From Podarcis muralis (taxonomy: Eukaryota), in NCBI RefSeq assembly GCF_964188315.1, contig NC_135669.1, positions 16,368,001 through 16,432,000 on the forward strand: a stretch of 64,000 bases of DNA. The letters are read 5' to 3'. Position numbers and translations under genes: made by a program. Of this stretch, positions 27,886 to 39,383 are shown piece after piece; within the stretch, counting starts at the first letter, position 1, and the number at the start of each line of letters is the position of its first letter. The notes under the pieces are model-generated. The model saw nothing but the letters and a program-made list of their open reading frames with translations. It searched no databases and had not been told where the DNA came from.

Positions 27886-30800
27886 CTGTTGCTGCAGGGA
27901 AGCAGCAAGCAAGACTTTGAGGCTGTGGTCTCTTGGGAGAGGGGTGCAACCCTTTCTGTGTCAGGGGACACTGACATGTTTGCTCGCCCACCAACATTTC
28001 CAAGGTCACAGCCAGTCAGGCAGGGAGAGGCTGCTTGCTTCTCTGGTTCGGCCAGCCTCCCTACTCCTTAGGCACACTCCTCCTCCTCCTCCTGTGCTTT
28101 AATTCACAGTAACTTTCCCCTTCCCTGTCCCCAAGGCATCCCTTTTCGTTACCGATTCCTTACTCTGATGGGAGGTGAATGGCTCTTAATCCAGCATTGG
28201 TCAAGGGAAACCAGCCTGGACATCCAGCAACCTCTAACCTGGCAGGAAGCAGAGGCCAGCCCCTGGCACCCCTTTCCCTGCACCAGGTGCTGGGTGAGGG
28301 AACCTCTGGCCCCACTGCTCCTGACTGTCCACTTCCTGGACTGCTCTCTGAAGACACTTCACTCTCTTGAAGCTGCTGCCTGTCCAAAGGAGGAAGAAGA
28401 AGCAACTGTCTCTGACCCTCCCTGCTTGGGAATCCCTTGAACTGCCCATTGATTGGGGCAGGCGGATGCGGTGGCAGGCACTGACTTCCCAAGTGGCTTT
28501 GGGCATGTGCCAGTTTGTGCCCACCTGTTAAGTCACCAGCTTCTCCCACGCTGCCTCATTGCTGATGTGGCCCTTTCCAAAATGTCCCTGGGGTGGGTGG
28601 TCTAGGCCTGTACTGTAGGAGTAGCTACGAATCTTACTGATCCAGCTGTGTTCAAGAGTTGTCTTGTCTGATTTTTAAAATGGAGTCAAGTTTAGTTCCA
28701 CCAAAGGAGGCTTTTTTCTTTCTTTCTTAAATTACATTGAGGAGGGTGGGGGAAGAGTGATATTTAAATAAGATTTTGTAACCCTGTAACATAAAGAGCT
28801 AGGGCCTATAACACATTCCAGTGTACACAAAAGAATCCCTGCCCCTGAATCCAATAAAGACTATTCTAAAATGAGATGCGTGGAGCTATGTAGCTGCCTG
28901 GAATGGGACGGGGGTTGATCTTAAGAGCTAATATTATAAGTGGGGAGCTAAACACAGAGCTGGCATGGAAGAGCTTTTGAAGCAGCTGTTTCTAGGTTCC
29001 TCTTGACAGCTCAGTTTGGGGAACGGGGAATCGGCTCAAGGTTTGAGTGGCAATGCTGGACACACATGTGTATCTGTAAGATATATAGACACTCTGCCTA
29101 CCTCTGCTACAGTTGTGAAGCTTGCTCTGTATGGCCATGCACTGACAAACAGCAAGGCTGGGAGCTACCAGCCTCCAAGGCCAAAGTGACTTCCTTGCCC
29201 TTCTGCAGAAACACAGAATGTGGGGTGGAGGGTCCTTGTTGCAAAATATCAGTCTCTGGTAAAGTCTAAACTTCTACAAGACAAAAGTTTGCATATGTAA
29301 ATACAAACAATGGAGTACTGTCTTAAGACTGCAGAGGCATCTGAGGCTGTGTCTCTGATTTCCATCATGGACCAAACTGCAGAGCCCAGGCGCCACGATA
29401 ACAGTTCAGACACACTCATTCTCAGCTTTGGAATGGGGCTGCTAATCACTGTTAGTCATACTCTTGAGTAGTCCCATTAAAATAAATGGGTTTTCTCTGA
29501 ATACAATTCAGTTGAATAGCACCCAGAAATCAAAAGGTACTGGGTACTTGTAACATATAATGGAACTTCATTTGCATAGATTCCAGGTTCAGTGAACAGA
29601 CCAATCGGGGGCTCTTTGCTACTGAGAGCAGTCAAACTCCATGGTACAGGCAAAACTGGATAGGACACCATGCCACACAAACCAAATAATGAAGAAATAT
29701 AATGAATAAGGAAGTACCTTTCAGAATGGCAAGATGTGCATGCAACTTGCCTTACGCCTATTAAGTGGCTAATTTATTAAGTGAAAAAGAGAATTTTGGA
29801 AAGTTGAAGATTCTGGAAGGAGTTCACAGCTGATCTGAAAAAGTTCCGAATGTATTTTGCTATCTTTGAATTCTTCCTCACCCAGTGGAAGGATAAATGA
29901 GCACTGCCCTGACCACTACCAAATAGTAGTAACTGGGATTTGCTGTCTGATAAAATGGCTAGTCTCCCTTTTAAAGTTTTATTTAAATAGAAATGGAATA
30001 TTACTCACTAATGGTATATTAATGGGAGGCTAAGGGGAGGCTCTTCAGGAGACAACTGCCCCCAGGATGCATCACTGTTTCCTATAATAAGAAGCTTGGG
30101 GTATTCATTTACAGTTCTCTGGAATAAGGTTCTGGGTGCAAACTTAATAGCATTGAGCTGCTTGACTGTGATTAACTTGCAGAGTCCTTGAGCCTCTTGG
30201 TCTGCTTGCAAACCTTTCAAGTCTGCTGGTCACAGGTGAGAGATGTTGCCCTGAAAGAGCCTGAGTAGAACTGCAATCTATCTAGCCATGGGTTATGAAA
30301 CTGCCATCCACTCTCACCCCAATTTCTGGTTACATGGGTGGCACCCAAATATAAATAATAAGGTAAAGCTTTTTCTTTCTGCATTCTGAAATTGTAAATA
30401 ATACATTTTATGGATACAGCAGACAGAAATTTTTAACTGTGTATGTGTAAAGTTTCAGGAAGCGGCACCTGCAGAATTGTAGATTACACATTTGAATATA
30501 AGCATTAGCTGTGGAGGTATTCGGAAGAATTTGCTTATCTAGGGGGTTGTGTCCAGCAATACTCCTATTCAGAGTAAACCCACTAAAAAGAATAGATATG
30601 AATAACTTAATTTCAGTGTGTTTAATTGGATATAATTTAGGGCTCAACCACACTCTTGTTGTACCAAGGTTTCTAGCATTTTGTAGCAAACAATAATAAC
30701 AGGTTTGAGATATATATATTTTTTGTCCTGCTGCTCCTCCAGGAAAACCCACTGTTTACCAAAGAATTGGAACAAAAGGAAATTAATAGAAAACCCAAAT

Positions 30801-32203
30801 ACAATTTTGTCCCTCTTGTGAACCAGTCCAAAAATAGCTCCTGAACAAGAATTTGCATTTATTGGCTAACAACCCAAAGGCTCTCAAACTAGTTTTACTC
30901 ATTTTTTGTAATTTCTCCTCCTTTCACACTTCTATGTTATTCTCTCATTCCAAACTGCCACTTCCATCTCTTCTTTTACATTCACTTCATGTTTAGTATT
31001 CTTTAAAAATCATGTATCTACAGTAGTTTCCTTCCCACCCCCCACCCACCCCACCCCCAGTGTGGGGGCCCACTAGTCTCTCCCAGGTGTCTCCTCCACT
31101 GTGACTTCCCATATGTTGTTGGAATACATCATCCCCTAGCCATTGGTTGTGCTGGTTTGGGCTGGTAGGAATTGGAGTCCAACAACATGGGGAAGGCCAG
31201 GGGTTCACCACACCTGGTTTATCTCCTGCTAGTTGGATTGCCTGAGCATCCCTACAGCTTCTTGACAGGTCGGTGTGCCAGCAAAACCACCTGTATCTAC
31301 CAATACAGAAAGCTTCATATGAGGCTGTCTCTCCCACTGCAAAGAGGAGCAACACGTCAGGCAACCAGCTTCCATGCTGGATCCTGTGCTCTGCTCTGAA
31401 AAACCAGCAGCGGTGCTGTTATTGTTTTCATTTCCCTTTTTGCTGGGTCTTCACCCCCCCTGTTTTGGTCCTCTCAAGAGGCTGCAGCTGCTGGCCTCCT
31501 GGCCTCGGAAAGGCGAATCCAGGGCGCGCATCCGGGCCCTTTAAACTCAACTATGCTGGAAGATGAAAGGATTCATCACACAGTGGGATTGCATCTCCCT
31601 CTCAATATGCAGGGGCTCCTTCTTTTATTCAAAAGGGCTCGAGGGGGCAGGGAAAGGAAGATGCGCCAGGGACCTCCCTTCCCGGGGTGATGTAATGTTC
31701 AGCTATAATTAGGTTGGTCTCTTGTGTGAGCCAATTTGTTTCAACTGGGAATTATTTGGGGCTGTTTCTTCTGTTTGCTCTTTCTCCGAATGGGGGAGGG
31801 GGTTCACTGGCGGGGGGAAATTGCCAAGATATTGGGGTGTCCTGTTCTTGCCCACAGCCCCTTCTGCCGCAATGCTGAAATAGCGCTGCCCAGCCCCGCA
31901 GAGCTGTTGTAAGGTTTTTGCAACACATACTGCAGTGGTGAGGGACCGCGTGTGACCTTCCAGGCCTCTATATGTTTATTTATTTATTGCATTTCATAGA
32001 ATCAGAAATGTAGGGTTGGAAGAGCCGGCAAGGATCATCTTGTTCGTCCCCCTACGAAAAACAGCTAAAGAATGCCTGACAGATAGCCACCTAACCTGTC
32101 TGAAAACCTCCAACGCCACCTTCTGAGTTAGTCTGTGCCACTGCTGAACAGCTCACCATCAGAGTGGTGTTCCTAATATTTGGTCAGAATCTCCCTTCTT
32201 GTA

Positions 32204-32827
32204 CAGGGGTGCCTCGGGTTACAGATGCTTCAGGTTACAGACCCCACTAACCCAGAAAGAGTACCTCGGGTTAAGGACTTTGCTTCAGGATGAGAACAGA
32301 AATCACACAGTGGCGGCACAGTGGCCATTAGCTAAAGTGGTACCTCAGATTAAGAAAGTTTCAGGTTGGCAGTGTAATATGCTTCTATGTTGGGGATTCC
32401 CCATCCTCCTTCTGAGGTGGGGAGGTGCAGGTATTTGGAGCTTATTCTTGGTTTTTTATGTGAGAAGATGAAAGAGTGTAGTTTTCTCTGCCAACTGCGA
32501 AGTTGGGTTGAGGGGATCCAGATACCAAACTCTACACACATTAAACATAATAGAAACACCGCCACCCGACCCCACCCCCATCCATCTTCCCTCTCTCCAC
32601 CCCCCTTTTCTTCCCTCTTCCTTCTTTCTTCTCCCCCTAATGCCTCAACAAATGAAATGGATTTGTAAAAATGTTACATGGAAAAAACAAAAAACGAGGC
32701 ACTACACTTCTGTAAAACAAGAAAATCCTTAATAAAATATTTAAAAAAGAAAAAAAGAAAAAAAGAAAGTTTCAGGTTAAGAACGGACCTTCAGAACGAA
32801 TTAAGTTCTTAACCCGAGGTACCACTG
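32204..32827. mobile_element. Tigger-like MITE (reverse orientation of the 7485 family), interrupted by an L1 insertion
   Basis: TA-CAGGGGTGCCTCGGGTT ... AACCCGAGGTACCACTG-TA; the internal sequence is the reverse complement of the 7485 copy. Confidence 0.85.
32368..32762 (+). mobile_element. 5'-truncated, 5'-inverted L1-clade insertion
   Basis: Direct repeat AAGAAAGTTTCAGGTT at 32352-32367 and 32763-32778. Antisense ORF2 peptide IWIPSTQLRSWQRKLHSFIFSHKKPRI..LHLPTSEGGWGIPNIEAYYTA at 32368-~32523, followed by a sense 3' end with AATAAA and an A-rich tail. Confidence 0.8.
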
Positions 32828-33214
32828 TACTTTGAATCCATTGGTTTGGGTCCTGCCCTCTGGAGCAGCAGGAAACAAGCTTGCTCCATCTTCCATCTGA
32901 AGATTTACCGTATTTTTTGCTCTATATGACTCACTTTTTCCCTCCTAAAAAGTAAGGGGAAATGTGTGTGTGTCTTATGGAGCGAATGCAGGCTGTGCAG
33001 CTATCCCAGAAGCCAGAACAGCAAGAGGGATTGCTGCGCAGCGATCCCTCTTGCTGTTCTGGCTTCTGAGATTCAGAATATTTTTTTTCTTGTTTTCCTC
33101 CTCCAAAAACTAGGTGTGTCTTGTGGTCTGGTGCGTCTTATAGAGCAAAAAAAATACGGTATATCCCAGCTTTTTCTCCTAGGAGCCCAAGGTGACGTGT
33201 ATGGTTCTTCCCTT

Positions 33215-33372
33215 CCCCATTTAATCCCCACAACAACCCTGTGAGGTAGGTTGGCCTGAGAGGCAGTAACTGGCCCAAGGACACCGCCAGTGAACTTCTT
33301 GGTTAAGTGGGGATTTGAACCCTGGTCTCCCAGGTTCTAGTCTGACACTCTGACCACTGCACCACACTGGCT
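33215..33372 (-). mobile_element. MIR-like tRNA-derived SINE
   Basis: acaacaaccctgtgaggtagg...gggatttgaaccctggtctcccagg..ctagtctgacactctgaccactgcaccacactgg; a second copy lies at 55205-55358. Confidence 0.7.
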
Positions 33373-34399
33373 CTACCTGACACTCAGGAAGATATCCCAG
33401 TTGAGGGGGAGGGGGGTCTTCTTTTGCCGGCTGTGGCTGTAGCTTTGTCCCTTTCCTGGAAGTCCTGTGGGGGCTGCTGCTGCCTGATGTGCTCTGGGCC
33501 TCTGGAAGTCACCCTTTTGAACAGCTGTGCAGCCCGTTGTGTAACACAGAGCGGAGCAGGGAGGGGGTTGATGGGCTCCAGATGCTGCAGGGTCTCTGCC
33601 AGCATATTTGGACTGTGGGAAAAAGGGGGAATGTGGCCGGCAACTCATTATCTCCATCGCCCCCTCCTCCTCCTCCACGCTGAATGATTGCCAGCTCCAC
33701 ACAAGGTGGTGGGTGGGCCACAACATCACCTGTGGTGGATCTGGGACCCAGAAGGATGTCTTAGCTGACCCTGCCTGGCCTGGCTGCCCCCAGCCCATGA
33801 CTCAGTACAGGAAGCTGGGCTAGGAAAATCCCTGGGACTGTCTCTGGCCCAGATTCTGCCTCGAGACATTTTCTGGTCCTCACGCTTCCTTTCCTGCTCC
33901 TCTTCTTTTCCCTATACCTTTCTTTCTGAATCGGGCAGCCGGGAGAGTCCAGGCAGAGCTGTTGTGTTGCCTCCCAGTGCCCAGACACCAAAAGGAGGGG
34001 ACTCCCTGTTTCTCCCCGCCCCCCTGTGGAGGGTCAGACAGCAGGTGGTTCAGGAAGGACCACAAGAGCAGGTCCACGTGGACTCAGCTGCCCTGCTGCA
34101 TCCTCTATTCCAGCCATCTCATCTCCTGCAAGAAAATACCTCTGGGTACCGGCTGCTTACTAGGGCGAAGGAGTCTTTGTCCTCTACCTCCACTGGGTGT
34201 TGCAACCAAGGCAGCAAGACTGAGAGAGGGAGCTGCCTTGCCCGTTAGTTCCCTCTAGCTCAGAACTGTCCACACAGACAGGCTGCAGCTCTCCAGGATT
34301 TCAGACGCAGGGGCATCCCCAGCCCTCGCTGGAAGTGCAGACTGAATCTGTCACCTTTGCATGTCAAGCAGCTGGTGCCACTAAGCTGCAGTCTCCCTC

Positions 34400-35550
34400 C
34401 ATTGCGACCAGGAGATCTCCCGTCTCCTCCGTACTCCAGAGAAGGAGGAGGCCACCCTCCCTCGGAGCACGTGCCGCTGCCAAGGGACCAGACGGGGCGT
34501 CGAAGTCAGGCGCAGCCAGCCAGCCAGTTGCGCCCCGGCACCTCTCTTGATCCAGCCCTTTTGTTCAGGCTCTCCTCCAGCGGCGGCGGCGGCGGCAGCT
34601 CGGGTTGCAGCCAGCGAGCAGCGCCTCTCCGGTTTCCAACCCTGCCTGCTCCTCCTCCTCCTCGGGCACTAGCCGGGGGGCACTGCCAGTCCCCGGGCGG
34701 GCGGCATCCGGCGTGCCTGGCAGGTCACGCGCCGGGCAGCGGCTCATCCCAGCCTGGCACAGAGTGCCCCAGGAAGGGCGGCGAACAAAGGCCAGGCCCG
34801 GGGAGAAGGGGCGGGGGCTCCTCCGGCTCGCCCTCCTCCTTGGGCTGAGGCGGAGGGGCGGCCCCTCGCCGAGGAAAGAGGAGTCCGGTCTGGGCGAGGA
34901 GGAGACGCGGGTTCCAGCGCTCCGCTCGGAGGCAGCGCGAGCGAGCGGGCGAGCGGGCTCCGCAGGTGGGGGCGCCCCGTCGGGGCCACCAGCCAGGTAA
35001 GCGGGACGGGGCGGCGAAGGATAATTCCCTTCTTTGGACGGGACGCACCTGCTGGGGATGGAAATGGGATGGGGAGGGGGGCTCTTTCCCAGGCTTGGGG
35101 CGGTTCCCTCGCCCCTTCGAACCCCCCCCCCCATCTTCCCCTCTCCAAATCCCCCCAGCTATTGTTCGTATCCGTGTCTGGGTATATATGTGTGTTGGGG
35201 GGGGCGATATGTCCATGTAGCCAGCGGTGCCCCCTCCCTTATAGGCGATTGGCTCGACCCCTCTCCTGTCTTTCTCCAAGGGAGCTTCTTCCTGGATGGC
35301 ACCTGAAGGGGGCACGGGGGGGGGGGAGCTCGCCTGCCCGCCTCCCTGCCTGGACGGACGTGGCGCATTCCACACATTTTTGGCATTTCTGTTCCCTAAT
35401 CCTCGCAGCGAGCGAGTCTTCGGGACGGGAGAGAAGGGGGACCTGCGGCGTCTTGGCAGGAGGGGAGACTGGCAGCCGCATGGAGCCCCCTCCCCGCGCT
35501 TCTGGGGAGCAGAAAAGAGGGTCCCTGTATCCTGTTCCCACCTGAGGGGG
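34400..35550 (+). promoter_or_regulatory. PHLDB1: PHLDB1 main CpG-island promoter with a non-coding first exon ending at 34996
   Basis: CpG island, GC boxes and a strong donor CAG|GTAAGC at 34996/34997. The ATG exon (39371) begins at an acceptor, so it needs an upstream exon. Confidence 0.7.
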
Positions 35551-38500
35551 TTGATTCAGAGCCCTGAGCACTTGCCCTCTGTGCCAGAGTCCCGAGCGCC
35601 CTAAAGGGACGTTATGAGTACAGATCCCCTCCAACAATTCCGGTGGAGACTTAGGGACAAAAGATCTGGGTCATCGTATATGGCTTGTGGACAGGATTAA
35701 GCTGTGTGCGTCGCTCTCCCCACCTGAAACAATGCAATGCTTTTCTGGCTTTTTTTAAAAGTGCACGTTTCCTTTGTTGAGCTGACAAGGGAGGCGGCTG
35801 GAGACTTTAACGGTGACAGCCTCTCTCTGCTTACCTGCGATGCTGGTTTATGGGAGGCCCAGGTGGGGAGCAAGGCGAGGGATAGCACCTGGCCTCATTT
35901 AGGACAAGGTGGAGGGTCTTCCAAAGGCACTGAGGTGAAGCCACCCCAAAAGCCAAGGCACCCAGAGTGGGCAGCAGCGGGACTGATCAGCCATAACCTC
36001 TCCACACCCCTAGCAGAGAATCCCTGGGAATGCTCTCCCAGTACAGGAGAATGGCTTTGCTATGATGTTCTGGCTGAACCTGTGTAACTCCTGCCTGCCA
36101 TAGTGACAGGAGGCATTGGTGGAGGATGAGTGGAGGGATGCTTTCTCTTACTTGCAGGACTCTTAGAGAGTTCCTCTTTGTAATGAGATTTCTATTAAAG
36201 TTTTTCATCATATAATAAAACGGTGGCTACAAAAACACACACACAAAAAGAATAAGAATACGGAGTCCTCTTTTAAAAGTAATTCTTAGCCCTTACGACA
36301 CACCAAGGATAGTATCCCTGTCCTCAGGGAGTTTCTCTTTGGAGACCTTGGAACAGCAAATACTTTTAGTGCATCTTTAAGATCAGTTCTCTCTCTGCAC
36401 CAACAGAGCGGAAGGCATCCGGTCCACCATTGAGACGGCTGATCCCCTTGGAGGCAAAGGACAAATTGTCTGGTTGCCTTGCCTAGTTGTGGCTAACCTC
36501 CTTGGGGCCAGTTCTGTTTTGTGCTCAGGGCGGTGCCCAGAATGTTCTGAGACTTTCTTCACAAATGAACCAGGGAGCCTGTTGCTCTTGGATCTGCCCC
36601 ATTAAAGGGTTTAATGAGCGGAGGGCAATTCCCCCCCTTCATTTAATCAGGATTTGCCAGTCCTGGGAATAAGGAAGGCATCGTGTGTGCGTGATATTTT
36701 CTGGCAGCCACAGAGAGCCATCCAGGGACGCCTCTCTCTTGGTACTTGGATGCTAATCTGGTGGCAATTTTGAATTCACCCAGTTTATTGGTTCCTCTCC
36801 CCAGCTTGAGTTGGGTAGCCAGGATCTGAAATATCCATCTGCTAATGTTAATGTTGGAGAAGCACATGGCTGTGAGCATCCCATGTGGCAGTGAGCATTG
36901 GTGGGCTTCCATGGTTGCTTTTGGGGCTGCAGCTGCCAGGTTGCTGCCTGACTTATTTGGGGGCACAGGAGCTGAAAGGAGACCTCGGCCCCTTGGGGAA
37001 CTGGGGAGGGGGACTCCTGAGCCAGTGTGCCTGGTGGATAGATCTAGCTCTTGGTTTGTTTTCCAAGGGGAAGTGGCTGTTGCCCCTGTTATTGTCCGCT
37101 GTTGCCTTGGCAACCTGTGGCCTGGCCTGGGCCTCCCCTCTTCGCCTGTGGATGGGACAGGAAAGGCTGTTTCCTCCCGGTGACTCAGGATTGCAAAGGG
37201 AACTGGCCTCCAGAGCCTCTTGCCAGCTGTGGGAACGGCAGAGCTTTCGGGTGGCCCTCCAGGAGTCAGGATGGTTGTCTTGGAAGACTTTTGAGGTGAG
37301 TCTCCCTTTCTTGAGGGGGGCCTGGAGGCCTTTGGGGACCCTCTTTGCCTATAGGCCTGGACTGTGGAGGATGCACACATTCCTCTTGGCACTGTGGGGA
37401 ATGCTCTGCTGCTGCGTGGCTCTTTGACAAGCCCTCTTTAGCTTGGGCAAGCCTTGCCAGTGCCATCTGTGCCCCACCACTGGCTCCCCCTCCTTCTCCT
37501 TGTGGCTGACTCTCCTGCATGAGGACTGGAGGGGTGCGGACGGGCAGAACAGTTCTCACTCTGGTCCAACTCAATGTGTGTGGGGGGGGTGGAGCTGGTC
37601 ACCCTGCTCTTGTGTCATCCCTTTTGGCAATCCAGCCGTTGTGGGCGGCCAGGCCTTGGCCCAGCTCAAGACCAGGGCTACCGCCCCCAACTTTCCCAGG
37701 CTCTTTCCTGGGGGGGGGGGGAGGACAGGCCAAAAGCAGCCTTGCCTGGGAAGGGAGTGGCCCACAAGGAGGTCTGTCAGCTTCTCCTGGAAGGGGCCAC
37801 ATCACAGCTGGGGCTCACAGGCAGGTTTGCCCTTTCTCCCTTCCTTCCCCTTCCCTCAGAGGACCTTTTTTCTTCCTCTCTGTTTCCTCTCTGTGTGCTT
37901 TCTGTGTGTGGTCCGGCTAGGAGCCCCCGCAACTCGCTCGGTCCCCAGGCCCAAGAGGAGGCTCGCAGCCGTCCCGGGCCCACTTTTTCTGGAGCTCCGA
38001 CCCTTTGGCATTTGCTGCCCGGCCACTCCCAGCCACACAAGCGCCTCATTCTCTGACCTCTTCACGGAGAAGAAAGCCGCCTTGTCGCTGCTGGCAAGGT
38101 GGGGTGTCCACCCTCCCTCCCTTCTCCAGAACAGAGGCTGCTTGTCAGGGCTTGTGACCTGCTGGAGCAGCTCTGGAGGAGAGAGGGGAAGGCAAGGGAA
38201 CAGGGAGACCACCCCCCACCCTCACCAAGGCAGTTCCTGAGGAGGTGTCCCCTCCCTCAGACTTGAGGAGAAAGGAAGGCAACAAGCCAAGACTTCTGGC
38301 TGCCTTTTCTGCTGATGAAGAACTCTTGCATCCCCTTGGGAGGACCTGTGTTCGTTTCAGGGAGGTGGGAAAGGGAGGGAGGGAGGGAGGGAGAGTTCAG
38401 GGCAGAGGCAGGCATGTGCTTCTGCCCTGCCGCAGAGGGGGCTGTGGGTTGGGGGCTCCTGACCTGTGCCAGTGGCGCATGAGTGACTGCTTTGCCTCTG

Positions 38501-38619
38501 ATGGGGCCCAGGTGGCTCCTCCAAGGTAGGGCAGTGTTGGGACGCGGCCTGTAGGTGGCGTACTGTGGTTGTCATGGTGGCCTCCCAAGAAGGGGGCTGG
38601 GGGTGCAGAGATCTGAGGT

Positions 38620-38850
38620 CATAGAATCATAGAGTTGGAAGAGACCACAAGGGCCATCGAGTCCAACCCCCTGCCAAGCAGGAAACACCATCAGAGCACT
38701 CCTGACATATGGTTGTCAAGCCTCTGCTTAAAGACCTCCAAAGACGGAGACTCCACCACACTCCTTGGCAGCAAATTCCACTGTCGAACAGCTCTTACTG
38801 TCAGGAAGTTCTTCCTAATGTTTAGGTGGAATCTTCTTTCTTGTAGTTTG
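38620..38850 (-). mobile_element. Young CR1 LINE 3' end
   Basis: catagaatcatagagttggaagagaccacaagggccatcgagtccaacccc...; the minus [53 protein letters not shown] is the canonical CR1 ORF2 C-terminus. Confidence 0.92.
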
Positions 38851-38870
38851 GATACAGCTGAGGTACAGCT

Positions 38871-38888
38871 GAGAGAGAGAGAGAGAGA
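38871..38888. repeat. (GA)n microsatellite
   Basis: Directly visible GA run. Confidence 0.9.
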
Positions 38889-39383
38889 AAACCAGAAAAG
38901 GGACAATGAAATGAAATCGCTGGAGCTATGGGGGCATTAAACATGTTGTCAGTGTGATATTGTTGCTTTTCATGTACACCCTTCCATGTACTTGAGAAAG
39001 CAACATGTCTTTCTTGTAATCGTGCCAGAGGGGCAGGTAGGTCTGTTTACAATCTAGATTTCAGATGGGGTGAGAGATCAGGGAACAAGGGGGGGGGGAT
39101 GTGTGCAGACACAGTTGGGTGGTGAAGGTGCGGTAGATGGGGGGGGCAAGGGATTACTCTTGGTTAATCCCAGATTCAACATATGGGTCTGAGAAACCTA
39201 GATTTTATTTTAATCCCCCCCCCCCCTTCTACACTATTCAAAGTGGCTTTGACGCAGAAGTCAAAACAAGATGGTCACTCAGGATGTGTTGTGGGGGGGG
39301 GATTGATCTCCTAGGTGGAACTTTGGGTCATCTTCTGGGCTAGGATTTTTGACCTTCCCTTTTCCTTTAGGGGGACTGTTGCC

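Larger units (their letters stand above)
31995..32900 (-). mobile_element. CR1 3' remnant split by a MITE insertion (31995-32203 and 32828-32900)
   Basis: tcatagaatcagaaatgtagggttggaag...aatctcccttcttgTA resumes after the MITE as TActttgaatccattggtttgggtcctgccctctggagcagcagg. Confidence 0.75.

Noticed and set aside
35825-35845. Minus-strand donor CAG|GTAAGC suggesting an antisense lncRNA
   Set aside because: A single 9-mer with no matching acceptor or promoter evidence.
36643-38240. 249-aa (-) and 265-aa (+) ORFs in PHLDB1 intron 1
   Set aside because: No homology recognised, GTG/TTG or weak starts, and composition typical of GC-rich intron.
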